This document shows positions 54,030 through 62,628 of a stretch of DNA of 64,000 bases, one piece after another. Made by a program: the position numbers and the translations under genes. The notes under the pieces are model-generated. The model was not told the DNA's origin. It searched no databases and saw only the letters and a list, made by a program, of their open reading frames with translations. Origin of the DNA: Candidatus Marinacidobacterium sp. (GTDB taxonomy: Bacteria; Acidobacteriota; Vicinamibacteria; Marinacidobacterales; Marinacidobacteraceae); the NCBI GenBank assembly GCA_965243415.1, contig OZ251549.1:626239-690238 (forward strand). The letters are read 5' to 3'. How positions within the stretch are numbered: position 1 is the first letter of the stretch; each line of letters opens with the position of its first letter.

Positions 54030-55142
54030 TCAGCGCGCGGCGAGGCGGCGCAGCAGGAACGGTTTCAGGCCCGGCGTCGGCGCGTGGCACCAGGTGACCG
54101 GGCGGGCTCGTTCCGGGGGCCGCTCCTCCGCGCCGGATTCTTCGGCTGCGGTCTCGTCGAGCCGGACCAGCCACGGCGCGCTCCCGGCGGCGCCTTCCGG
54201 TACGACGTCCTCCGGGGCGGAGCGGACGGCGACACGCGCCGGCTCGCAGCGGAGCAGATCGGGGGCGAGGAACCAGGTCAGCGCGAAGGAGTCGAACGGG
54301 TAGGTCGCCCGCCGGCCGGTGTGCTCCTCGAACCAGTCGAGGTAGTCCTCCACCGGCCCGCGGAAGACCGCGCCGAACGGGGTGTCCCGGAGCCCGGCCC
54401 AGTCGGCGGCGGTAACCGGGAGCGCGACCGCGAATTCGAAGGGGACGAGGACGATCGGGGCGCCGCTCGCCAGCACGACTTCCACGGCCGTGGGGTCGAG
54501 TTCGAAGTTGAAGTCGGGCAGCGGGGTCGGGTCACCCGGAAAGGTGAGTGCCCCGGCCGGACGCCGGCCGACGACGAGCGCCACGGTTTCGAGCCGCGAC
54601 GCCAGGTCGGGCCGCTCGGTCAGGGCAGCGGCGAGGTTCGTCGCCGGGCCGAGCGCGGCCACCGAGAGCGGGCCCTCCGAGAGCGCCCGGAGGAGCGCCC
54701 GGGAGGCCGGAGTCGGTTCGAGGGAGGGCGAGGCCGCGCCCCGGTGGACTTCGAGACCGGAGGGCCCGAACCGGGCGGCGAGGGACTCGGCGATGGGGAG
54801 CCCGACCGCGAGCGGCGCGTTCCCGAAGACCACGCTCACGCCCGCGACACGCACTTCCGGGGAGGCGAAGGCCAGCGCCAGGGCCACCCCGTCGTCCGGT
54901 TCGTGCCCGCCCCGCCTCACCGCCGGATCCACATCGAGCCACACCCGCCGGGCGGTCCCGGAATCCTGCTCCCCGACGACCGCGCTCTCCGCCGGGACCG
55001 CGAACGACGCCGCGAGCGAAAGCGCCGCCGCCGAGGCGAGCAGGCGGGCCGACAGCCCGTGCCCGTCCAAGTGTCCGGCGCCGGCCAACGGACTCCCGCC
55101 GCGAGGCCGATTCACCCCGCGTGGGAACGGCCGGGCCGCCAT
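54030..55142 (-). CDS. inosine/uridine-preferring nucleoside hydrolase-family protein, secreted
   Basis: VWLDVDPAV..DDGVALALA N-terminal Asp cluster of the IUNH family; signal-like LLASAAALSLAASFA. Start is uncertain. Confidence 0.7.
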   Translation of the reverse strand: MAARPFPRGVNRPRGGSPLAGAGHLDGHGLSARLLASAAALSLAASFAVPAESAVVGEQDSGTARRVWLDVDPAVRRGGHEPDDGVALALAFASPEVRVAGVSVVFGNAPLAVGLPIAESLAARFGPSGLEVHRGAASPSLEPTPASRALLRALSEGPLSVAALGPATNLAAALTERPDLASRLETVALVVGRRPAGALTFPGDPTPLPDFNFELDPTAVEVVLASGAPIVLVPFEFAVALPVTAADWAGLRDTPFGAVFRGPVEDYLDWFEEHTGRRATYPFDSFALTWFLAPDLLRCEPARVAVRSAPEDVVPEGAAGSAPWLVRLDETAAEESGAEERPPERARPVTWCHAPTPGLKPFLLRRLAAR

Positions 55143-55393
55143 GGAGTTCTGCGCCACGACCGGCGCGCTCTCCGGCGCGCGCCCCGGGCGACTGCCGCGG
55201 GGGAAAGTCGCCGCAGTGGCCATCCGCCCGGCAGCGCGAACGGAACCGCGCCGAGCCAAGCCGGGAGGGCCGTCGCCGAGCCCGGCGTCCGGTGAGGAGG
55301 GCGTTCCCCGCCGAGGCTGCGGGCGCCGCCCGAAGGGGACCCGCCGTGGAGGGGAGATCGGCCCGGCCGGAGGTCTGACGCCGGCCGGCGGGG

Positions 55394-57313
55394 TCACACC
55401 GCGACCGGTTCCGGCGGGGTGGAGGCGGGAGCGGCTTCTTCCGCCGGGGCCTCCACCGGGTCGTAGGCGTTCGCGGTGCGGTCCTCCAGCAGCGTCGGGA
55501 ACGAGCCGCCGAGGAACGACTGGGCCAGGTCGTAGGTGTCCCGGTCGAGGTTCTTCCGGAGGCCCCGGTGGATCTCCGCGATCTTCCGCCGGGAGCGGTC
55601 GCAGAAGTTCTCCGCCAGCGGCCGCACTTCGGCCTCCTCGGCGCCGGCGGCGAGGAGCGCCTCGGCCCGGGAGACCACCGCCACCTGGGCGTACAACTCG
55701 GCGCCGAGGTCCACGAACCGCGCCAGCAGCACCTGGCGTTTCTCCAGCCCCGGACCGAACCGGAGCATCGCGTGGAACAGCCGCCGCGCCAGCCGCCGGC
55801 TGCCGTTCGCCGTGGCCCGCAGCCGCCGGCGCGCCCAGGCGGCCCCGCCGGCCGGCGCCCCCGCCGGCAGCCACAAACGCAGATACCAGGGGACATAGAA
55901 CCCGGCGGCCCGGAGCGCGGCCAGTGCCCGCTTCCCGAAGGGGAGGGAAGGGTTCAGCACCGCCCCGGCGCGACGGAGGTGCGGGTCGAGCACTTCCCGG
56001 GCGATGAAGAGCCGCAGGATCTCGCTCGACCCTTCGAAGATGGTGTTGATCCGGTTGTCCCGCAGCGTGCGCTCCGCCGGGAAGGGGCGCTCGCCCCGGG
56101 CGGCGAGGGAGTCGGCGGTTTCGTAACCCCGGCCGCCGAGGACCTGGACCGTCTCGTCGGCGATGCGCCAGGCCGCTTCGCTGGCGTACATCTTGGAGAT
56201 CGCTGCCTCGATGCGGATGTCCGCACCGCCTGTATCCACGAGGAGCGAGGTCAGGTCGGACATCGCCTCCACGGCGAAGGTGTCGCCCGCCATCCGTCCG
56301 ATCTTGTCGGCGATCGCCGCGTGCTCGCCGATGGGCGCGCCCCACTGCACCCGCTCCCGCGCCCAGGTGCGGGCGATGTAGAGCGACCGCTTCGCCGTTC
56401 CCAGGCAGATGCCGGGCAAGGTGAGGCGCCCGGTGTTCAGGGTGGTCAGGGCGACGCGCAGTCCGCTGCCGACCGGGCCGAGCACATTGGCCCGGGGGAT
56501 CCGCACCTCGGTGAACCGGATCACCCCGTTGTAGAGCGCCCGCAACCCCATGAACCGGCATCTGCGGACGATCTCGACCCCCGGCCAGCGGGTGTCCACG
56601 ATGAAGGTGGTGATCCCCTCGCGTCCGCCCGGCTCCGGCGCCGGGGTGCGGGCCATCACCACCAGCCAGCGGGCCTTCGTGCCGTTGGTGCACCACAGTT
56701 TCTCGCCGTTCAGCAGGAAGTGGCCGCCGTCCTCGGTGGGCTCCGCGCGCGCCTGCATCCGGGCGGCGTCCGAGCCGACGCTGGTCTCGGTGAGCGCGAA
56801 CGCCGAGATGTCCCCGGCGGCCACCCGGGGCAGGAACTCGCGCTTCTGTTCCTCGGTGCCGAACATCAGGATCGGCTGGGCGATGCCGATGGACTGGTGC
56901 GCCGAGAGGAGCGAGGCCAGGTTGCCGCAGTGGCTGCCGACGACCACCGCGGAGCGGGTGTAGGTGCGCTGCGAGAGGCCCAGGCCGCCGTACTCCTTTG
57001 GGATCTTGATCCCGAAGGCGCCCAGGTCGGCCAGGCCGGCGAACACTTCGTCGGGGATCTCGCCGGTGCGGTCGATGGCGTCGGCGTCCACCCGCTCCCG
57101 GAGGAAGGTCTCCAGTCGCTCCAGGAACGCTTCGCCTTCGGGTTCCGGGCCGGGGTCCGGGTAGGGCCGCACCAGGCCCAGGGCCGATCTCCCGAGGAAC
57201 AGCCCGCCGGCGAAGGTCGGGTAGCGCCAGCCGATCTCGCGGGCCGACTCGGCCAACTCGAAGGCCGCCCGCTTGCCCGCGGACATCTTCGAGGTGTCGA
57301 TGGTGGAGGTCAT
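55394..57313 (-). CDS. acyl-CoA dehydrogenase-family protein (long form)
   Basis: ACAD N-terminal, middle and C-terminal domains: AFALTETSVGSDA, WCTNG and QVLGGRGYE motifs. Confidence 0.85.
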   Translation of the reverse strand: MTSTIDTSKMSAGKRAAFELAESAREIGWRYPTFAGGLFLGRSALGLVRPYPDPGPEPEGEAFLERLETFLRERVDADAIDRTGEIPDEVFAGLADLGAFGIKIPKEYGGLGLSQRTYTRSAVVVGSHCGNLASLLSAHQSIGIAQPILMFGTEEQKREFLPRVAAGDISAFALTETSVGSDAARMQARAEPTEDGGHFLLNGEKLWCTNGTKARWLVVMARTPAPEPGGREGITTFIVDTRWPGVEIVRRCRFMGLRALYNGVIRFTEVRIPRANVLGPVGSGLRVALTTLNTGRLTLPGICLGTAKRSLYIARTWARERVQWGAPIGEHAAIADKIGRMAGDTFAVEAMSDLTSLLVDTGGADIRIEAAISKMYASEAAWRIADETVQVLGGRGYETADSLAARGERPFPAERTLRDNRINTIFEGSSEILRLFIAREVLDPHLRRAGAVLNPSLPFGKRALAALRAAGFYVPWYLRLWLPAGAPAGGAAWARRRLRATANGSRRLARRLFHAMLRFGPGLEKRQVLLARFVDLGAELYAQVAVVSRAEALLAAGAEEAEVRPLAENFCDRSRRKIAEIHRGLRKNLDRDTYDLAQSFLGGSFPTLLEDRTANAYDPVEAPAEEAAPASTPPEPVAV

Positions 57314-57373
57314 TTCTCTGCTGTCGGCCGAACCCCCGATTCTACGCCCGGCGCCCGCCCGGGGAGGGCGGTT

Positions 57374-58312
57374 TCAGCGCCGGGTCGGGGGGCGGCCCTC
57401 GAAGGTGTCCATGGCCGCGTGGATGCCGAAGAAGGCGGCGATCGGGTCCAACCAGCCGCCCGGGAGCAGCCGGAGCAGTTTCAGCGAGTGGATGAACCAG
57501 GGCAGGACGACCACCGCGCGGTCGCGTTCGACGGCGCGGACGGTGGCGGCGGCGACCGCTTCCGGGCGCAGGATGGGCAGCAGGCGCGGGAAGCGGGTGC
57601 GCACGCCGGCGAACATCCCGGTGTCCACGAAGAAGGGGCAGACCAGGGTGGCGCGGACGCCCGGCGCAGTGCGGCGCAGTTCCGCGCGGAGCGATTCGTG
57701 GAAGCCGACCGCGGCGAACTTGGAAGCGCAGTAGTCCGAGAGGCCGGGCACGCCGATGAGGCCGCCGGCGGAGGCCATCGTGACCAGGTGGCCCTCGCCC
57801 CGGCGGATCATCGGGGGGAGGAAGGCCCGGGTCAGCCAGAAGAGCGCCGCCGCGTTGACCGCGAGGGTGCGCTCCACTTCCTCGGGGGTCAGGTCGGCGA
57901 ACGCCCTGCCGGAGACCACCCCGGCGTTGTTCACCAGGATCTCGACTTCGCCGAAGCCGGAGCGGAGCACCGTCGCGGCCTCCTCCACCTGCCGCCGGTC
58001 GGAGACATCCACCACCTGCCGCCACACCTCCGGGGAGGACGCGCCCCCCGCCGTCGGCGAAGACGCTTCCGCCGTCGGCGAAGATGCGTCCGCCGTTGGC
58101 GAAATATCGCCTGCCTCCGGCGAGAACGCACCCGCCCCCGGCGAAGAGTCGCCCGCCCCCGGCGAAAAATCGCCCGCCGCGGCGTCCAGCGCGTCCGCGT
58201 CCCGGTCCCAGAGCGCCACCCGGGCGCCCCGCGCCGCCGCTCCCCGGGCGATGAGCAGGCCCATCCCCCGGGCGCCGCCGGTGACCAGAACCCGCCGGCC
58301 GGCGAACTTCAC
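57374..58312 (-). CDS. SDR-family oxidoreductase carrying an in-frame 7-aa tandem-repeat insertion
   Basis: VTGGARGMG cofactor motif; NNAG; YCASK catalytic motif. An insertion GDFSPGA/GDSSPGA/GAFSPEA/GDISPTA/DASSPTA/EASSPTA lies after beta-2. Confidence 0.85.
   Translation of the reverse strand: MKFAGRRVLVTGGARGMGLLIARGAAARGARVALWDRDADALDAAAGDFSPGAGDSSPGAGAFSPEAGDISPTADASSPTAEASSPTAGGASSPEVWRQVVDVSDRRQVEEAATVLRSGFGEVEILVNNAGVVSGRAFADLTPEEVERTLAVNAAALFWLTRAFLPPMIRRGEGHLVTMASAGGLIGVPGLSDYCASKFAAVGFHESLRAELRRTAPGVRATLVCPFFVDTGMFAGVRTRFPRLLPILRPEAVAAATVRAVERDRAVVVLPWFIHSLKLLRLLPGGWLDPIAAFFGIHAAMDTFEGRPPTRR
58034..58180. repeat. 21-bp tandem repeat (about 6-7 units) inside the SDR gene
   Basis: GGCGA(A/G) landmarks at 58055, 58076, 58097, 58118, 58139 and 58160, an exact 21-nt period. 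Confidence 0.85.
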
Positions 58313-59773
58313 GGGCCGCCGCTCCCGTTCCCCCGGTCGAAGTAGGGCGCGAGGGCCGAACGCGGCGGCGCAGGCGTGAGCCGGCTGACCACGACGCCGA
58401 ACAACAGGGAACAGAGGACTCCCGGCGCCACCGGATGGATCGTGGCCGGGCCGAAGCCGGGCCAGGGCAGGACTTCCGCCTGCCAGAGGAACACCGCGGC
58501 CACGCCGGAGAGCATCGCCGCCAGCGCCCCCTGCCGGTTCAGCCGCCGCCAGAACACCCCCAGCACCACCGGGACGAAGAAGGCGCCGGCCATGATCGCG
58601 GTGAACAGGAGCACGATGTACTGGACGAGTTCCCCCTCCCCGACGCCGCTCAGGATGAGGGCCAGCGGCGCCGCGCCCACGACCAGGATGCCGACCCGCG
58701 CCGCGCGCAGCCGCGTCCGGGGGTCGAGCCCGGGGCGGAACACCCCGACCAGGTCGTGGGAGAGCGCGGACCCGGCGACCAGGAGCAACGAGTCCACCGT
58801 GGACATGATCGCCGAGACGATGGCGGCGAGCAGGATCGTCCCCAGGATCGGCGGCAGCGCGAAGGAAGCCATGAGCGGCATCGCCAGGTCGGAACTCGGG
58901 AGCGCCGGGAACAGGCCGATCGCCGCCAGCGCCACCAGGAAGACCAGCAGGTTCACCCCGGTGGCCACCGCCATGGCGAGGAAGAGGCCGCGGCGGATGG
59001 CCCTCCGGTCGCGCATCGCGTAGAGGCGGACCAGTTTCTCCGGGGTGGCGACCCCGCCGAGGAGGAAGGAGATCCCCATGGTGAACAGCAGGAGCGCCGG
59101 GACCGAGCCGAAGGCCAGGGTCTCCGGGCGCAGCGCCTCGACCGCGCCGAAGAGGAGGCCCGGGCCGTCGAAGTGCCGGATCGCCATCGGCACGGCGAGG
59201 AGCGCGCCGAGCACCATCACCGCCAACTGCGCCAGGTCGGTGTACACCACCGCGACCATGCCGCCGACCGCGGTGTAGGCCAGCAGGATCCCGGTGAAGA
59301 CCGCCATCCCGACGGTCGGCGAGACCCCGAAAACGGTTTCCGCGATGAGGCCGCCGGCGATGACCTGGGCCTGGATGTACACGGTGGTGGCGACCAGGAT
59401 CACCAGCGCGCCGACCGCCCGCGCCCGGCGGCTGGCGTAGCGGCGCTCGAGGAACGCCGGGAGGGTCAGTTCGCGGGTGCGGGCGAAGCGGGGCGCCAGG
59501 ACCGCCGCCATGAACCAGTAACTGAGCGGGATGAACAGCACCAGCCAGGTGAACTCCCAGCCCACCGAGTGGATCACGCCGACGGTGCCGATGTAGGTGC
59601 CGGCGCTGGCGTGGGTGGCCGCGAGGGTGGCGCCGCCGAGGAACCAGCCCAGGCGGCCGCCGGCGATCCAGTAGTCGCGCTCGCCCCCGGTGCGCCGCAG
59701 CGCCGCCGCGCCGATGGCGAAGATCGCCGCCAGGTAGGCGCCGAAGACGAGTGCTGTCGTCACTCGCCGGTCC
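58309..59773 (-). CDS. sodium:solute symporter (SSS) family transporter
   Basis: GTG at 59773 overlaps the upstream small ORF stop (GTGA). Multi-TM, with YWIAGGRLGWFLGGATLAATHASAGTYIG, typical of the SSF family. Confidence 0.8.
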
Positions 59774-59924
59774 GCCCGTCCGCGGGCGGCTTCGCGGTGT
59801 CCCCGTCTTCGCTCCGGTCTTCGCTCCGGGCCTCGCGCCGCTCTTCCCGGCGCATCCACCACCAGTAGGCGACGAGCATCGCCCCGAAGACCGCGAAGAG
59901 CCCCCAGAACGAGAAGCGGTTCAA
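59770..59924 (-). CDS. small single-TM protein preceding the symporter (DUF3311-like accessory subunit?)
   Basis: Not in the supplied ORF track (51 aa). TTG start after a GGAGGA RBS. Sequence (M)NRFSFWGLFAVFGAMLVAYWWWMRREERRE... Has TTGA and GTGA overlaps with both neighbours. Confidence 0.45.
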
Positions 59925-60604
59925 GCGGGGTCCTCCGGCGACCGCCCCTCGTCCGGCGGGCCGGAGCGGAACAGCCGGAACGCTCCGAGGCCGCCCAGCC
60001 CCAGCAGGATCGCGAGCGCGAGGCCGTCCACCAGGGTCGCGAGCCCGAAGCCCGAGGCGTCCGCCGGAACGAGCCGGAACCGGAGCAGCGAGGGCGGCGC
60101 CGGGACGGAGACGCGGGCGACGCCGCCGGAGGTCCCGCGCGGCCTCGGGAACAGGTCCACGATCCGGAACCCCGGCGGGGGCGTCAACGCGGCGGCGAAG
60201 GAGAGGGCCGGGCCGGAGTCCGGCAGGGGCACGGGGAGCCGCACCCAGCCGTCGTCCGCCGGGAACGGGACCGTCTCGAACCGCAGTTCGGCGCCCGTTC
60301 CACCGGTCGGCCGCAGCGGTTCGGCGCGGAATCCGTCCGGGGAGAGGTCGAGCCGCCGGAACGCCGGCCGCGGGCCGGAAGCGGGAAGGCGGACGCGGGT
60401 GGTCGCGGTGATCCGCCCCGGGTCGTCCATCGCCACCGTCATCCGGATCGCCGCGGCTTCTTCCTCCGGAACGCCGGCGCCTTCGAGGGGCGCCGGGACG
60501 ACGAGAACCCCGCCCGACGAGAACAGCGCGAGCGCCGAGAACGCGGCGAGCACTGTCGATCGGGCAGCGCCGGCCGCCGGGAAGAACCGTCCCGGACGCG
60601 GCAC
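59921..60604 (-). CDS. hypothetical exported protein with C-terminal TM anchor
   Basis: A GTG at 60604 gives a signal peptide (PRPGRFFPAAGAARSTVLAAFSALALF). C-terminal FGLATLVDGLALAILLGLGGLGAF. It is the 3' part of a 770-aa ORF in the supplied track that otherwise reads through repeats. Confidence 0.5.
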   Translation of the reverse strand: MPRPGRFFPAAGAARSTVLAAFSALALFSSGGVLVVPAPLEGAGVPEEEAAAIRMTVAMDDPGRITATTRVRLPASGPRPAFRRLDLSPDGFRAEPLRPTGGTGAELRFETVPFPADDGWVRLPVPLPDSGPALSFAAALTPPPGFRIVDLFPRPRGTSGGVARVSVPAPPSLLRFRLVPADASGFGLATLVDGLALAILLGLGGLGAFRLFRSGPPDEGRSPEDPA

Positions 60605-60610
60605 CCGGCC

Positions 60611-61305
60611 AGTCGAGCCCGGGCTTCGAGCCGCACGCGCAGCGTGTTGCCGACGGGAACCTCGGCGAATCGCGGCTTCGGCGTCCCCCGGAGCCCCGGC
60701 AGCTCGAACACCCTCCGAAACCGACGAGGCAGTGCAGCCGCCGACCGCGAGGAACGGGAACCGGGGGGGCACCGTCGACCTCAGGGCCCGGACCGCCGAC
60801 CAGGGCCGCTGCCGGCCCCGGCCGGTCGAGCCCGGACCTGGCGCCGCGCGTTGCTGCCCGGAACCACGACGAGACTTCCGGCGCACAGCGGGTTCATCGA
60901 TTTCCGGAGCGCCCGCGTTCCGACCACGCGCCGGATCCGACGAGACGGTGCAGTGCCCGACCCCGAGGAACGGGAACCGGCGGGACGCTGTCGCCCGCCC
61001 CGCGCCGACCGCCGGCCGGAGCCGCCGCCGATCCCCCTCCCTCTCGGGGGCCGGGCCGGTCGAGCCCGGACTTCGCGCTGCACGCGCAGCGCGTTGCAGA
61101 CGGGAACCTCGGCGAATCGCGGCTTGGGCGTCCCCCGGAGCCCCGGCAGCCCGAACACCCGCCGGATCCGACGAGGCGGTGCACCGGCCGACCGCGAGGA
61201 ACGGGAACCGGCGGGGCGCCGTCGCCCGCACGACCCCGACCGCCGGCCGGAGCCGCCGCCGATCCCCTTCCCTCCCGGGGCGCGGACCGGTCGAGCCCGG
61301 ATTTC
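60611..61305. repeat. three tandem ~213-234-bp units, each a decayed copy of the 3' end of the M19 dipeptidase gene plus its post-stop sequence
   Basis: (G/A)GTCGAGCCCGG unit heads at 60611, 60824 and 61058, with a further head at 61289 just downstream of the genuine gene's stop. Units encode ..NALRVQREV / ..NTLRVRLEA, versus ..NALRVLREVWA* in the real gene. Confidence 0.7.
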
Positions 61306-62517
61306 TCAAGCCCAGACTTCGCGCAGGACGCGGAGCGCGTTGCCGCCCATCACCCTGGCGATGTCCGCGTCGGAGTACCGGTGTTTCACCAGCCACCGCA
61401 GGATGTTCCGCGAACCCTCCACCGGGTTCTCCAGCCCGGCCACATACGGAACCCGCTCGAACGGCGGCGCTCCCCGCCGCGCCGCGGCCTTGGCGATGGA
61501 GAGCGCACTCGAATACACGCCGTGGAGCCCCACATGGTCGCCGAACACCGTGTCCGGCCCGAAACCCACATGGTCCACCCCGACCAGGTCCTTCACATAC
61601 TCGAAGTGCTCCATGACCGACTCCAGGGAATGCCGGGGGTGGCGCTCGGTGAGGGTGGTGTGGGGCGCGGCCTCGATCCCGATGATCCCGCCCTTGTCGG
61701 CGCAGGCCTTCAGCACTTCGTCCGGCGCCATCCGGCGGGTGTCCCAGAGCCCCCGGGCGCCGATGTGGGTGATGGACACCGGGCGGTCGCTGGCCTCGAT
61801 CACTTCCAGCGTCGTCCGGTCGCCGCAGTGGGCGGTGTCTATGAGCATCCCCACCCGGTTCATCCGCTCCACCACCTGCCGCCCGAACGCGGTGAGGCCG
61901 CCGTCGTTCGCCTCCTTCAACCCGCTGCCGAGCGCGTTCGACTCGCTGTAGGTGATGCCCATCTCCCGCACCCCGAACCCGTAGAGCACCTCCACCCGGT
62001 CCAGTTCGTTCTCGATGGGCGCCGCGCCTTCGATGGCGGCCACCCAGGCGATCCGCCCCCCGGCGTGGGCGGCCAGGATGTCGTCCACCGACCGGCAGTG
62101 GACGAGCAGGTCCTGGTGGGCGATATCGGCGAGCCGCATCCCCAGGTCGTGGAGCACTTCGTTCCACTTCCACCCGCTCCGGGACTCGATGCGGCAGATC
62201 CCGTCGAGCAGGTTGTCGAAGATGCAGTCCCACTCGCAGTCCCGGAGCGCCTCGAAGGGAGTGAAGACCCGGCCGTCGCGCACATAGTCCGGCGTCTCCG
62301 CGATCTCCTTCGGGAACGCCCCCAGGTGTTCGTGGAGCGAGACCAACACCAGTTCGCCGGCGAGGCGCTCGGCGCGGGCCTCTTCTTCCGGGGTCAACGG
62401 CACCGGATGCGCCGGGAACAGGTCGGCGCGGTCGGCGAGTTCCCGCTCCGGGTAGTCCGCGCCCGGTGTCAGGTAGCCGAACGAGCGGTACCCGGCGTCC
62501 TTCTTGTTCTTTCCCAA
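61306..62517 (-). CDS. membrane dipeptidase (peptidase family M19)
   Basis: TTG at 62517 after a GGAGGAGG RBS. SLHEHLG, IEGAAPI, MGITYSESNALG, IDTAHCG and GFGPD motifs of renal-dipeptidase-like enzymes. Confidence 0.8.
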   Translation of the reverse strand: MGKNKKDAGYRSFGYLTPGADYPERELADRADLFPAHPVPLTPEEEARAERLAGELVLVSLHEHLGAFPKEIAETPDYVRDGRVFTPFEALRDCEWDCIFDNLLDGICRIESRSGWKWNEVLHDLGMRLADIAHQDLLVHCRSVDDILAAHAGGRIAWVAAIEGAAPIENELDRVEVLYGFGVREMGITYSESNALGSGLKEANDGGLTAFGRQVVERMNRVGMLIDTAHCGDRTTLEVIEASDRPVSITHIGARGLWDTRRMAPDEVLKACADKGGIIGIEAAPHTTLTERHPRHSLESVMEHFEYVKDLVGVDHVGFGPDTVFGDHVGLHGVYSSALSIAKAAARRGAPPFERVPYVAGLENPVEGSRNILRWLVKHRYSDADIARVMGGNALRVLREVWA

Positions 62518-62628
62518 AGTGAGCCTCCTCCGGCGAGCGGGAGGCGCCGCTCCGCCGGCGAACGATGCTACCAACGGCCCGCTGGTACCGTTTCCCGCCG
62601 CCTTCGCGCAGCCCCCGGGAGCCCCGCC

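Noticed and set aside
54030-56696. 888-aa minus-strand ORF
   Set aside because: Only the 3' ~370 codons (the nucleoside hydrolase) are credible. The upstream part overlaps the acyl-CoA dehydrogenase gene in another frame.
59921-62233. 770-aa minus-strand ORF
   Set aside because: It is a chimera. Only its last ~227 codons look protein-like. The remainder reads through the tandem gene-end repeats and, out of frame, through the dipeptidase gene.
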